A DNA stretch of 46,590 bases from an uncultured Candidatus Peribacteria bacterium (GTDB taxonomy: Bacteria; Patescibacteriota; Gracilibacteria; UBA4473), in NCBI GenBank assembly GCA_964344165.1, contig CAYFMH010000002.1, forward strand, positions 1-46,590, given 5' to 3'. Positions 32,586 to 42,200 of the stretch are shown here, one piece after another (positions within the stretch are counted from its first letter, which is position 1; the number at the start of each line of letters is the position of its first letter). A program made the position numbers and the translations under genes. The notes beneath the pieces were generated by a model. It worked only from the letters and a program-made list of their open reading frames with translations. It was not told the origin of the DNA and ran no database searches.

Positions 32586-33797
32586 ATGAAAAATAACTCA
32601 AACACTCTCGGCACAAAACTCAGTTGGATATTCGGAATAATATTTTCTCTAGGAAGCCTTGGTAGTTTTTCTGAGGATCCGCTCTTAGCTACTTTCTTAC
32701 TCCTTATCGGCCTTTTCCTCATTCCGCCTATCACTACATTGATAGAGATAGAAACAGGAAAGAATCTTTCGGGAAAGAGAAAGTTGGTTATTACGATTGT
32801 TGCACTTTTTGTTTTCGGAATGCTTGCTGGTCCACAGGAAGAAACAAAAACACAAATTCAATCGACTGATTCAAAACAGGAAGAGAGGAACCTTCATAAA
32901 AAATCAGTTCCTCTTCCTAAATCAGAACCTATTAAACCGAACTCCGCTAAAAAAGAGGTAATAGAAAGTACTGTCTCATCAACCAGTAGTTCCATTCCCG
33001 TTCAACCAAAGAAAAATGTCATAGAAGAAAAAGCAGAGCCAAAAGTTGTAGTACAACCAGAAACTCCATTGAAAATTTCAGAACCAACAGGAATCCCCGT
33101 CCTAAAAATCGTAGACGGAGACACCATAGATGTCCTATACCAAGGAAAAGAAGAACGACTCAGAATAAAGGGAATAAATACCCCAGAAACCAAAGATCCA
33201 CGATATCCCGTTCAGTGTTTTGGGAAAGAAGCCAGTGCAAAAGCAAAAGAAATACTGGAAGGGAAGAATATTATGTTAGAGACAGATGGAAGCCGAGGAA
33301 AATACGGTCGTTTGTTAGCTTATTTACGCCTCCTGAACGGTAAAGATTACGGAGAAAAAATGATCCGAGAGGGATACGCCTGGCATTATCGTTCGTATTC
33401 TCATGAACGAATGGATGCCTATGATGAAGCAGAAAAATATGCTCGAGAAAACAATGCTGGCCTCTGGGCTTCTTCTACCTGTAATGGAGAAAAGAAACCA
33501 GTAAAGGAAGTAGTTGAAGAAACAAAGAAATCTGTTTCTAAAGTCATTTTGCCTCCGCCCGCTCCTCAACAAAAAGTCGAGCCAGAACCTGTTCCAGTGC
33601 CAGCTCAACCATCTGTTCAGCAAGAGTTTCAGGAAAGTATACCTTCCTATGAATGTTCACGAGATGCTTACAACTGTGGAGATTTCAAAAGGCATAGTGA
33701 AGCTCAGCAAATTTTTGAATACTGCTTTTCTACAGCAGGAGACATCCATAAACTAGATCGAGATAATAATGGTGTAGCCTGTGAATCACTCCCTTAA
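32586..33797 (+). CDS. Membrane-anchored thermonuclease (SNase) with a C-terminal Excalibur Ca-binding domain
   Basis: Three N-terminal hydrophobic segments and a low-complexity linker. SNase motifs VLKIVDGDTIDV..RLRIKGINTPE..YGRLLAYL. Excalibur motif CGDFKRHSEAQQIFEY..DRDNNGVACESL. Confidence 0.88.
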   Translation: MKNNSNTLGTKLSWIFGIIFSLGSLGSFSEDPLLATFLLLIGLFLIPPITTLIEIETGKNLSGKRKLVITIVALFVFGMLAGPQEETKTQIQSTDSKQEERNLHKKSVPLPKSEPIKPNSAKKEVIESTVSSTSSSIPVQPKKNVIEEKAEPKVVVQPETPLKISEPTGIPVLKIVDGDTIDVLYQGKEERLRIKGINTPETKDPRYPVQCFGKEASAKAKEILEGKNIMLETDGSRGKYGRLLAYLRLLNGKDYGEKMIREGYAWHYRSYSHERMDAYDEAEKYARENNAGLWASSTCNGEKKPVKEVVEETKKSVSKVILPPPAPQQKVEPEPVPVPAQPSVQQEFQESIPSYECSRDAYNCGDFKRHSEAQQIFEYCFSTAGDIHKLDRDNNGVACESLP

Positions 33798-33805
33798 TTT
33801 TATTT

Positions 33806-35356
33806 CTAAAATTTAGGGTAACGATGCTCAAAACCTGAGATAAATTCTTCAAAAGAACAACTTTGTGGGTATGAAGGCCCATCATCTATTGGTATATATG
33901 CAAAATAGGGCTCCCTTTCAGACATAATTTGATTAATGGCAATCGTTAAAGCATCGACTAGGTCATCATGCTTCTCAACTCCAAATCCCATTATTTGTTC
34001 AATAAGTTTTTCACACCCTTTTTTAGGGAATAAAACCTGTCCACTTTTTATATAGTGGTGAGTGGTACACAAGCGAGATCTCTTATCTCCAACAATAGAA
34101 ACTGGTTTTGTTAGGTATCCGTCTCGAGACATCTCTTGTTCAAATGATAGTTGGTATCCTACATTTTCAGTATAGAGTCTTACTGATTTAGGGTGATCAT
34201 AAATGATTGAAGCCAGAGCTTTGAGTCGTTCTTTTGATCCAGAAAAATCAGGCTTCCCACAGAATAAGTGTGGCAGTACATAAATCTTTTTCTTTTTCCC
34301 AATTTTATAAACCTTGAGAGGTACAAAGGCTGTATAATCAGCAGAATCTTTCTGAGAAATCGCTAAATCAGTACCAATAGCCGCAAATTTAAAATAAACA
34401 CTATTTTCTGAGTTCTCATCATGATTCTCTTCGGGGAGATCTTCATAATAGTGAATATCTCCCGGGTGAACAATTTGTCCTTCGTCAGGAACAATTCTCA
34501 GCATGAATTCTCGTTGCCAGGCTATATGATTCCCAACTCTCTTTTCTTCATCCTTGAGAGCTTTTTTGTTGGGATATTTCCCCGGCCATAAAGCTTTGTT
34601 ATTTCTCGTAATTGGATACGCTTTGTATTTACCACTCATCTCTTTTTTTCTGATTTTTTCTTTTATCCGCATGATCACAGAATCTTCATGAAGTAAATTT
34701 CCAATCATTATTAATCGGGTATTTTGATCTCCTGCAGGGATTACTTCACTCGTGAGCCAATCGTAAGTTTTATTTCTTCCTTCTGCTGTCTTAATGGTAT
34801 TCAGATCCTCAATATCATCACAGATAATGAGATCGGGACGATGCTGATTGTGCCTAATCCCCCGAACACTCTGCTCCATGGACACGGCCATAATACGTGC
34901 ATCGTGTTTGGGAATAAGGAGAGAAGAAGTACTCCACTCATCATCTTCTTTAAACGGACCAAGATCCTTTCGCAAAAGCTCATTAGACTCTAGTTCTCGT
35001 TTCAGATTCTTGAGGTGTTGCCGGGCCTGATGCAGGGTTTGACCTACGAGGAGTACGAATTTTTTTTGAGGCTTTCCAAGAATCGCCCAAAGTGGATAAG
35101 ATAAATTCACAATCGTTGATTTCCCCGATCCTCGAAAAGCAATAACCACCAAATTCTTTATCCTTTCATCTTCCGTGAGCTGAAAAATTTCCCGCTGAAA
35201 AGCAGCTGTTTGATAAGTGATGTAATGATGAAAATACGTGTGAAAGAACCAATAATGACTCTGGCTGGTTATTTCTTGGCGGATTTGGTAGTCCGTTAAG
35301 ACTTTTTCAAGGGTTTCCGGATCTAATTCGGGAATGTTATGCATTCTTTTGTTCAT
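33806..35356 (-). CDS. Phage terminase large subunit
   Basis: Walker A AFRGSGKST, Walker B LIICDDIED, C-terminal nuclease-type region. Preceded by a small-terminase-like gene. Confidence 0.85.
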   Translation of the reverse strand: MNKRMHNIPELDPETLEKVLTDYQIRQEITSQSHYWFFHTYFHHYITYQTAAFQREIFQLTEDERIKNLVVIAFRGSGKSTIVNLSYPLWAILGKPQKKFVLLVGQTLHQARQHLKNLKRELESNELLRKDLGPFKEDDEWSTSSLLIPKHDARIMAVSMEQSVRGIRHNQHRPDLIICDDIEDLNTIKTAEGRNKTYDWLTSEVIPAGDQNTRLIMIGNLLHEDSVIMRIKEKIRKKEMSGKYKAYPITRNNKALWPGKYPNKKALKDEEKRVGNHIAWQREFMLRIVPDEGQIVHPGDIHYYEDLPEENHDENSENSVYFKFAAIGTDLAISQKDSADYTAFVPLKVYKIGKKKKIYVLPHLFCGKPDFSGSKERLKALASIIYDHPKSVRLYTENVGYQLSFEQEMSRDGYLTKPVSIVGDKRSRLCTTHHYIKSGQVLFPKKGCEKLIEQIMGFGVEKHDDLVDALTIAINQIMSEREPYFAYIPIDDGPSYPQSCSFEEFISGFEHRYPKF

Positions 35357-35376
35357 GGTAAATAAAGGGTTAAAAA

Positions 35377-35772
35377 TTATTTTTTAGGAGGTAGCAAGGA
35401 ACCAAGAGAAAGAGCTTTAGTGACCATTTCTCTTTGTTCATCCGTAAGTTCTCGATCTTCTATTTTAGTCGTGACTTCAAACTTCTGTGTGTAGGACTTG
35501 TGACGGTGTTTGAGCCAAAAGATAATAGCTGTCAGGTTTTGATCTTTAATGGCGGACAACAGTTGCGATTCTGCCATATCGTTCATGAGGGAAACGCCTT
35601 CTTGTAGGGCTTCATCAGCCTCTTTTGCAAATTTATTATCCTCTTTTCGCCACCGATAATAGGTTGCTCGTCCAAGACCTGTTTTTTCACAGGCGAGTTG
35701 TATGATGGGCGTTTTCTTGAGTTGATTACATAAGGCCTCTTTTTGCTGTTGTTGTTTTTCTTCTAAAGTCAT
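35377..35772 (-). CDS. Terminase small subunit-like HTH protein (phBC6A51-type)
   Basis: GLGRATYYRWRKEDNKFAKEADEA and AIIFWLKHRHKSY. Its position directly upstream of terL supports the call. Confidence 0.65.
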   Translation of the reverse strand: MTLEEKQQQQKEALCNQLKKTPIIQLACEKTGLGRATYYRWRKEDNKFAKEADEALQEGVSLMNDMAESQLLSAIKDQNLTAIIFWLKHRHKSYTQKFEVTTKIEDRELTDEQREMVTKALSLGSLLPPKK

Positions 35773-36539
35773 GATGTAGAGGGGTTAAGAAGTACAGATT
35801 TTTGTCCGGTCAGTTTTTCCCAACGATCAATAATAACCTGACAGTATTTGGGCTCGATTTCTATCATGCGACACTTCCTCTTGGTTTGTTCACACGCCAA
35901 TAAGCATGATCCAGATCCTCCAAAACAGTCGTAGACAATATCTCCTCGACGAGTGCTATTGAGAATGAGGCGACGTAAAATAGATACTGGTTTGGTGGTT
36001 GGATGATGGATATTTTTCTTAATCTTTGGACTGATCAAAACAGACTTGTCCTGAGACTTCAGAAATTCATGCCGTCCTCGCCAACCATAAGCGATAAGTT
36101 CGTGTTGTGGCAGGTAATCCAATCGTCCGATGACCGCTCCTGTTTTGATCCACACCAGGAGTTGCGAGAGTTTGAATCCTTCCTCCACAAAAGCCTCTCG
36201 CATGGCAAACATCATCCGATCAGAATTAAATACCGCGAAGGCGTTCTTATCGGTTAGGCGATATTTGATTGGTTTGAGCCAGCCTTGAGTGAACTTTTTA
36301 AATTCTTCATCAGATTGGAAGTGATCGTTTTGGATGTGATCATGCTGAAGGCTAGATTTAGAAAATCCTTTTTTCCCTTCGATCAAATCAACTCCGTAGG
36401 GAACATCGGTGCAGATAAATTTTATTTTCTCATCCTCAAGAAGCTGCTGAACATGCTCTTTATTGCAGGCATCACCGCAAATAAGTTTATGCTCTCCGAG
36501 TTGGAAAACATCACCGAGGTTAATCAATCTTTTTGACAT
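35769..36539 (-). CDS. DNA methyltransferase (N6-A/N4-C, beta class)
   Basis: Motif IV TDVPYG comes before motif I FGGSGS. GDVFQLGEHKLICGDA N-terminus. 4-nt overlap with the downstream gene. Confidence 0.88.
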   Translation of the reverse strand: MSKRLINLGDVFQLGEHKLICGDACNKEHVQQLLEDEKIKFICTDVPYGVDLIEGKKGFSKSSLQHDHIQNDHFQSDEEFKKFTQGWLKPIKYRLTDKNAFAVFNSDRMMFAMREAFVEEGFKLSQLLVWIKTGAVIGRLDYLPQHELIAYGWRGRHEFLKSQDKSVLISPKIKKNIHHPTTKPVSILRRLILNSTRRGDIVYDCFGGSGSCLLACEQTKRKCRMIEIEPKYCQVIIDRWEKLTGQKSVLLNPSTS

Positions 36540-37812
36540 CGTATTTTGGGTTAAGAGCTAAATAACGGGCGATGATAACATCACAAAAAGCAGGATCCTT
36601 TTCGATTAGGAAAGCTCTCCTGCCAAGTTGATCACAACTAATCAAAGTACTGCCTGATCCTCCGAAGAGATCAAGGATGGAATCTCCCGGCTTGGTGCAG
36701 CGTTTGAGTGGTCGTTCGTGCAATTTGCAGGGTTTTTGCGTGGGATGGGCGTACTCTGTGGTGGGCAATCTTTTTACAAGCCAGATATCGAGAAAATCTT
36801 CGATATCATCGAGCGTTCTATTGCCTGTGCCAACTTCTGTATTGAGGATTTCTGTAAAGTTGGACGATTTGTCATTCAAATACGGTTTTCCAATGGTTCC
36901 GTACACACAGGGTTCGTAACATTTGTTGAAGGCTATTTGAGGCGTAACATTTTGGTTGTTTTTGATCCACAAACATACTCTTTGATTTTTGATACCGTTT
37001 TTTTGGTAGAGCGACTGTAGAAGTCCAATGTAGTTTTGATCACAAAAGTAAAAAATATGGGCATCCTTTTTGCAGTGAGCCAGTACATTCTGGATTGTCT
37101 TTTCTAAAAACATCCGATACTCCAAGTCGGTTTTGTTATCGTCTACTTGTTGGGAGGCATAATTTTTCGTGCCACCTAGTCCCTTTTTGTAGTCCAGCGA
37201 AATGTTAAACGGCGGATCTGAATACACCATATCAATCTTTGTTTCTCCGAGCAGCGGTTTTATCATGGCTGGATCTGTCGAATCTCCACAAATCAGTCTG
37301 TGTTTTCCAAGCTGAAATATTTCTCCTGTTTTGGTTTGTGGGTTTTTCTGAGCTTTCTCGAGTTCTTTCTTGGTATTGAATTGATCATCCTCGATTTCTA
37401 GAGCATCATCCCAAATAGTTGAAAGATCAGAATCATCAAATCCGACATCGAGCAGTAACTCTGTGTCGAACTGTTTGAGAAGTTCAAAATTCCAGTCTCC
37501 GGTGTTACGGTTGAGACGAAGGTTGAGTTCTTTTTCTTTCTCAAGATCTGGAATGTTGAGATATACCACGGGAACTTCTTTGTGTCCCAGATCTTTTGCA
37601 ATTTTGAGCCGGAAGTGTCCGCCGATAACGATGTTTTTTCGTGCTTTCGCACCATTCACGAGAATGGGATCAACCAATCCAAAGCGTTGCATGCTTTCCG
37701 TGAGTTGATCAATAGCTTCTTGATTCCATTTTCTTGGGTTGTAGGGAGCGGAGTTCAGTTCATTAATCGGAACTGACACGATTTTTAACGATGCCGGTTG
37801 TTGAGTGTTCAT
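36520..37812 (-). CDS. ParB-like nuclease domain fused to a DNA methyltransferase
   Basis: N-terminal ParB/Srx motif (YNPRKW..GGHFRLKIAKDLG). GEIFQLGKHRLICGDS. Motif IV SDPPFN, motif I FGGSGST. Confidence 0.88.
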   Translation of the reverse strand: MNTQQPASLKIVSVPINELNSAPYNPRKWNQEAIDQLTESMQRFGLVDPILVNGAKARKNIVIGGHFRLKIAKDLGHKEVPVVYLNIPDLEKEKELNLRLNRNTGDWNFELLKQFDTELLLDVGFDDSDLSTIWDDALEIEDDQFNTKKELEKAQKNPQTKTGEIFQLGKHRLICGDSTDPAMIKPLLGETKIDMVYSDPPFNISLDYKKGLGGTKNYASQQVDDNKTDLEYRMFLEKTIQNVLAHCKKDAHIFYFCDQNYIGLLQSLYQKNGIKNQRVCLWIKNNQNVTPQIAFNKCYEPCVYGTIGKPYLNDKSSNFTEILNTEVGTGNRTLDDIEDFLDIWLVKRLPTTEYAHPTQKPCKLHERPLKRCTKPGDSILDLFGGSGSTLISCDQLGRRAFLIEKDPAFCDVIIARYLALNPKYDVKKID

Positions 37813-37879
37813 ACCCCCATTATCAAAAACCTCAGGGACACCAGAGGGACAAATGGGGGGATTTCAGGGACAAATAGTC

Positions 37880-38506
37880 CTAAATGAGAACCTCAATCCG
37901 TTCTTCTGCCCACTTAAAAACAGGTCGTCTTAAAAGTGGTTTAGCTTTCCAGTTGATTCTTTTTATCACTTGTTTGAGGCGTTCTGAATCAGACAAAAAT
38001 TGCCCATAAATAGCTATTTCTACTGTTTCTCGTGAGAAAACTTTTACTGTTGGGTCTTGAAATAAGTAAGCACAAATAGTTTTTTCCATTGGGCTAAGTT
38101 GTATTTCCCCTTCGGGAAAAACTAAACTCATTGTTTTCCAATTAAAGTAGTTTTCATTCTCCTCTTTGATTTCTTTTCTTCCCTTAAGAATCCTAGCAAA
38201 AAATACTTGATCCGTAGGATGCATTGGTTTTTGGTAATAAGTTTCTACAGGTCTGTGAAATAAAACTTCCTCACTATGACAGTCTTCAAGAGTGACCTTT
38301 GACGAAGTATTATCGAGAAAGGATTTTATATCAGGAAGCGTATTGTAAAAATTAGGGAGGGATAATTGCTGGTTTATGACCTTGCACACATTGGCCACAC
38401 CCTTTAAATCAGGCAAAGAAAGCGAAACAGGTCTTGCTACTGCTTGAAGAGCTTTGGCTTGTTTGGGAGAGATTTTTCGGAAGCGTCTTTTGGTGGAGGT
38501 GGTCAT
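37880..38506 (-). CDS. Hypothetical protein with a C-terminal OmpR/PhoB-type winged-helix-like segment
   Basis: LSPMEKTICAYLFQDPTVKVFSRETVEIAIYG resembles trans_reg_C (LTpkEfeLL..L....g.v.sRe.L....wg). An alternative GTG start lies at 38521. Confidence 0.5.
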   Translation of the reverse strand: MTTSTKRRFRKISPKQAKALQAVARPVSLSLPDLKGVANVCKVINQQLSLPNFYNTLPDIKSFLDNTSSKVTLEDCHSEEVLFHRPVETYYQKPMHPTDQVFFARILKGRKEIKEENENYFNWKTMSLVFPEGEIQLSPMEKTICAYLFQDPTVKVFSRETVEIAIYGQFLSDSERLKQVIKRINWKAKPLLRRPVFKWAEERIEVLI

Positions 38507-38629
38507 AATTTCTTGTGGCACAATATTTAGATGTTTACCCTTAATGAATATACTACATATTGATTCTAAAATTACAATACCTCAAAAAAATTGAGAAAGA
38601 TTTACTTATTTTAAGAATTGAAACTGCTT

Positions 38630-39166
38630 TTAAGAACTTTTTTTCTTCTTTTTTGGTGGTGGATCTTGTCGTAATACACATGCAAGCCTAATACTAGGTC
38701 CTCCAGTTGGTTCTTCTTTTGGAGGCTCTCCTCCTAAATTTTTTGCACATCTCAACATTGCATCTGCAACCGTTTTAAACATCTTTACTTGCCCTGGAAC
38801 TTCTGAGTCATTTCGGAAATAAGTACTTGTAAAGCTGGTGCAACGATTAAGAGCACGAGGATGGCAATTTTTCGCTCCGATACACAAACATCGATCTAAT
38901 CTTCGACGAGTTCGAAGCAACCCATCATTTGGATCTAATATCCCCTCTAATTCAGGGATTTCTCTGTCTATAATCCGTCCGAGAGTTCTTAATACACGAC
39001 AAGATACAGGGTTTTCCGGTTTAGGACCAAATGGCTCTTGGTCCAAATCAGGTTGGACCTTATCTGCTAGAGCATGGAAAGTATCTTCATCAACCTGTGT
39101 TATGGCCATAGCACGAATATGTCGCTCTATTGCAACAGTTTTTTCGATGTCTTTACTTGGACTCAT
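38630..39166 (-). CDS. Hypothetical Cys-rich protein (178 aa) with a poly-Lys tail
   Basis: ATG ORF with 8 Cys, including CLCIGAKNCHPRALNRC, and a C-terminal PPPKKKKKSS. Divergent from the 1095-aa gene. Confidence 0.55.
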   Translation of the reverse strand: MSPSKDIEKTVAIERHIRAMAITQVDEDTFHALADKVQPDLDQEPFGPKPENPVSCRVLRTLGRIIDREIPELEGILDPNDGLLRTRRRLDRCLCIGAKNCHPRALNRCTSFTSTYFRNDSEVPGQVKMFKTVADAMLRCAKNLGGEPPKEEPTGGPSIRLACVLRQDPPPKKKKKSS

Positions 39167-39235
39167 AATGTAGAGGGGGTGAAATGTATTTTTACCTATT
39201 GGTTAATTGTTTTTTGCAAAAAGTCAATGAAAAAC

Positions 39236-39264
39236 TTGACTTATCTATATTTTTTGTTTATAAG
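39236..39264 (+). promoter_or_regulatory. Sigma70-like promoter for the 39296-45290 operon
   Basis: TTGACT (39236-39241), 17-nt spacer, TATAAG (39259-39264), 32 nt upstream of the ATG. Confidence 0.4.
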
Positions 39265-39295
39265 TTGGTCGTAATTATTTAAAAATTTTTTTTAA

Positions 39296-42200
39296 ATGGG
39301 TGAAACACAATCAACATCTCCGAATTTTTCCGTAGATTTTCTTGATATAGAAAGGCTAGATTTCATTGATCAATTCCTGCTTGAATCAAGGAGAGCGGGG
39401 GCAACTCCGGCACTTATAGAAAGATATTTTCCTGGAATTTCCGACAAACAAGCTAGTGATATTTTAGAAGTTTTTGCTGATGGAATTGAAGCATCTGAAA
39501 GGACGAATAGAATCAGTGAAATTCTACTCGTGAGAGAAGAACCATCTCATAAAATCGCTTCTCAAGTAAGAGAGGCTTCAGAGCCGATCAAGGCACATCC
39601 TATAGTGAGGCAAATGAAGTCAATTCGAATTGCTGTAGCAACGGTTGTGGGAACCATCGGGGCGGGGCTTTCTTATTTTGCACTAAAAGACAATCTTACG
39701 AGTCTCTCCTGGGATAGGTTAGTTGATGCTGGATACTCTCCTGATAGTATTCAAGTAGGGACAATGACAATAAGTGCTATCCTTGCAGCTCTTTTTACTG
39801 GATATTTGGTAAGGACTCGAGATAAAATAGCTGATGAGTCAGCTCGACGCGGGCTTGATTTTTTGAAAGCACATAGAGAAACTTTTCGGCGAAAGCCTTT
39901 TGCAGCAGCTTTCTTTTTTTTGGCGGTTCTTTTTGGAGATGTGCCAAATGCGGTTTATGTGGCTCAATTTTATCTCGGGGATGAGGATGTAGCTCGACAA
40001 GTAGAACATTCTGGGGACGAAATTAAAAAAGCTCTTGTTTTCCTTGAAGACAATTATACTGAGGCTGCCGAAACTAGGGAAGAAGTAATGGGAAAAGGAA
40101 TTCAAAACGTAGCACAAGTTGAAATAGATGGAACTGGTCCAACAAAAACTCCGGGGGCAGGTCCTGTTTACAAAGCTCTTGTAAGTCTGGAAACAGGGGG
40201 AACAACTTGGCCTAATAATACTCCTTTTCAAGTGGCCTTGAAAAAAGTGCTTTCGCACTATGATGTTGAGGACACTGGACTTCCAAATCAGTTCAAAACA
40301 GAATTTGTTTTAAAAATGAAGGCACTTGTAGAAGGAGTAAATATTCAATTAAGTCAAAGTTTGGAAAAAATTGAGAAAATGGTGAAAAACGGAGAAAGAA
40401 GTTATGGTGTTATTTCTGCAGAATATACAAAAATTGATGAATTGCTTACTACACTACAAGGAGATATTCAACATGAGTTTGAAATAGCTGCGGAAAAAAG
40501 CGGTGAAAATGTAAAAGGGGCAGCAAAAGCAATTTATGATACGGCAAAAGAATTAGGCGGTTATCCAAACTTTGTTCCCGTCGTTGGTGGTTTAGAAATT
40601 CCTATGCCTCGGATAGAGCCGCTTTCTATAGAGGTTCCAGAAACATTTAGAGCGAAAAATACGGTTGAACTTCTCACTAATGCTTGGGCAAAAGATATTG
40701 TCGAAGGAAGTCTAGTAACGATAATCTCAATTCTTGCGTTGCTTACACTCCTTATTCAACCTACTTATGTGAGATTCATTTCAGTGGCTCTCAATGGGAC
40801 CAATAAAGACAAACAAAGAGAATATATAATGAATGCCATAAGAACTTATGAAAAACTTTTAGATAACTTTGTGGAAGCTTTAGCAAGAAATATAAATAAA
40901 AGTTCTTTTGTTCAATCTTCTTGTGGAGTTGATATCCCTTCATCTTATATAGCAGAAAAACTAAAATCCTATCTAAAAGAGGGGGTTTTTCAAAAATTAA
41001 GAACTGATGGTTTTGAATCTTTATCAATTGGAGATGTATTGAATACTTTTAAAAGATTAGAGGGATTTTTGAGTGATCCGGAAGAAATAGGTAGTTTTGT
41101 GATTTCTTTGTTTCCTCAGGGGGTGCATCCAAGCAAATGTGAACTAAACACAACGGCGATAATCAAACATATGGATGAAATGATGGGGATTAGCAGGCAC
41201 AAGGTAGCCATTTTGGCGTTAATGGATTTTTCTTCCGCTAGTTTTCAGAATGCTTCTGTTGCCTTAAGGAGAGTTGAAAAAATATTGGAAGATATTAGGA
41301 AACTCCCTTCTGCAGAAGGATGTTCTTCTGCTTTAGATAGTGAGACAAGTAGCAAATTAGTGGAAACAGTAACTTCTCTTGAACAATTTTTATTAAGGAT
41401 AAAAGAGATTTTAGAATTACAGATTTCAAAACAACAGCAAGTCAGTTCACGGAAAAAAGTAGATATTTTGGATAAGTTGGTCCTGCATAGGCGTATAAAC
41501 AAGGCTATGCAAAACACTCCTGAATATAATGAGTTGTCTCCTTCATACGGAGAACGTGATAATTGGACTATTAGTGTTTCTGGTCCGTTAAACAGATGGT
41601 ATGAAGAGATGTTTGGATCTTTGCGTCAAGTCGAGGATAGTTTGCGAGCAGAAGTTTTATCAGATGATCAAATCACGGAACAGCTCTGGAGATACACAAG
41701 AGAAGCAAAGAATCTGGAAGTTACAAAAGAGAGATTATCGACTTTTGAAGATTTAGATGTTTCAGGACAGGTGTGTTGGCTTGGGAATCAACAGAGACTT
41801 GTTTTCATGGGACGAAATATAGAGGGAGTAGAATCATCATTGGAAAAAAGAGTTCGAGACATTTTTCAAACTACTTCTGAGGATGGTGATATGAGTGAGA
41901 ATTTATTTGTAACTCTAAAAAGATTTAACACAGAGTTGTCTGGTATGGAACAATCTTGTGCACAACAAGAAGATCTTTCTAGAGAAATAACAGCCCAGCA
42001 AAGGAGGGTAGAGACATTAGTAACAAATTTAGAAAATCAACTCATGGAGGTTGGAGTAGAAGCGGTTAGGGATTTGGCAACAGCTCGAAGAAATGTGATT
42101 ATTTTTCAGGGCTTAAGAACAAATGAGAATGCCGGATTTTTAACAGAGGCATTAGGAGCCCTCGAAGAACGAGAAAAGTTGTTGGTGGCACGAGAAGAAA

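Larger units (their letters stand above)
27300..39170. mobile_element. Integrated element or cryptic prophage/satellite-like island next to tRNA-Ser; boundaries uncertain and the right end may extend to about 45450
   Basis: Contains a large serine recombinase, small and large terminase, two phage-type DNA methyltransferases (one fused to ParB), a wHTH regulator, a nuclease and a very AT-rich cargo operon. No capsid, portal or tail genes. Starts right after a tRNA gene. Confidence 0.55.
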
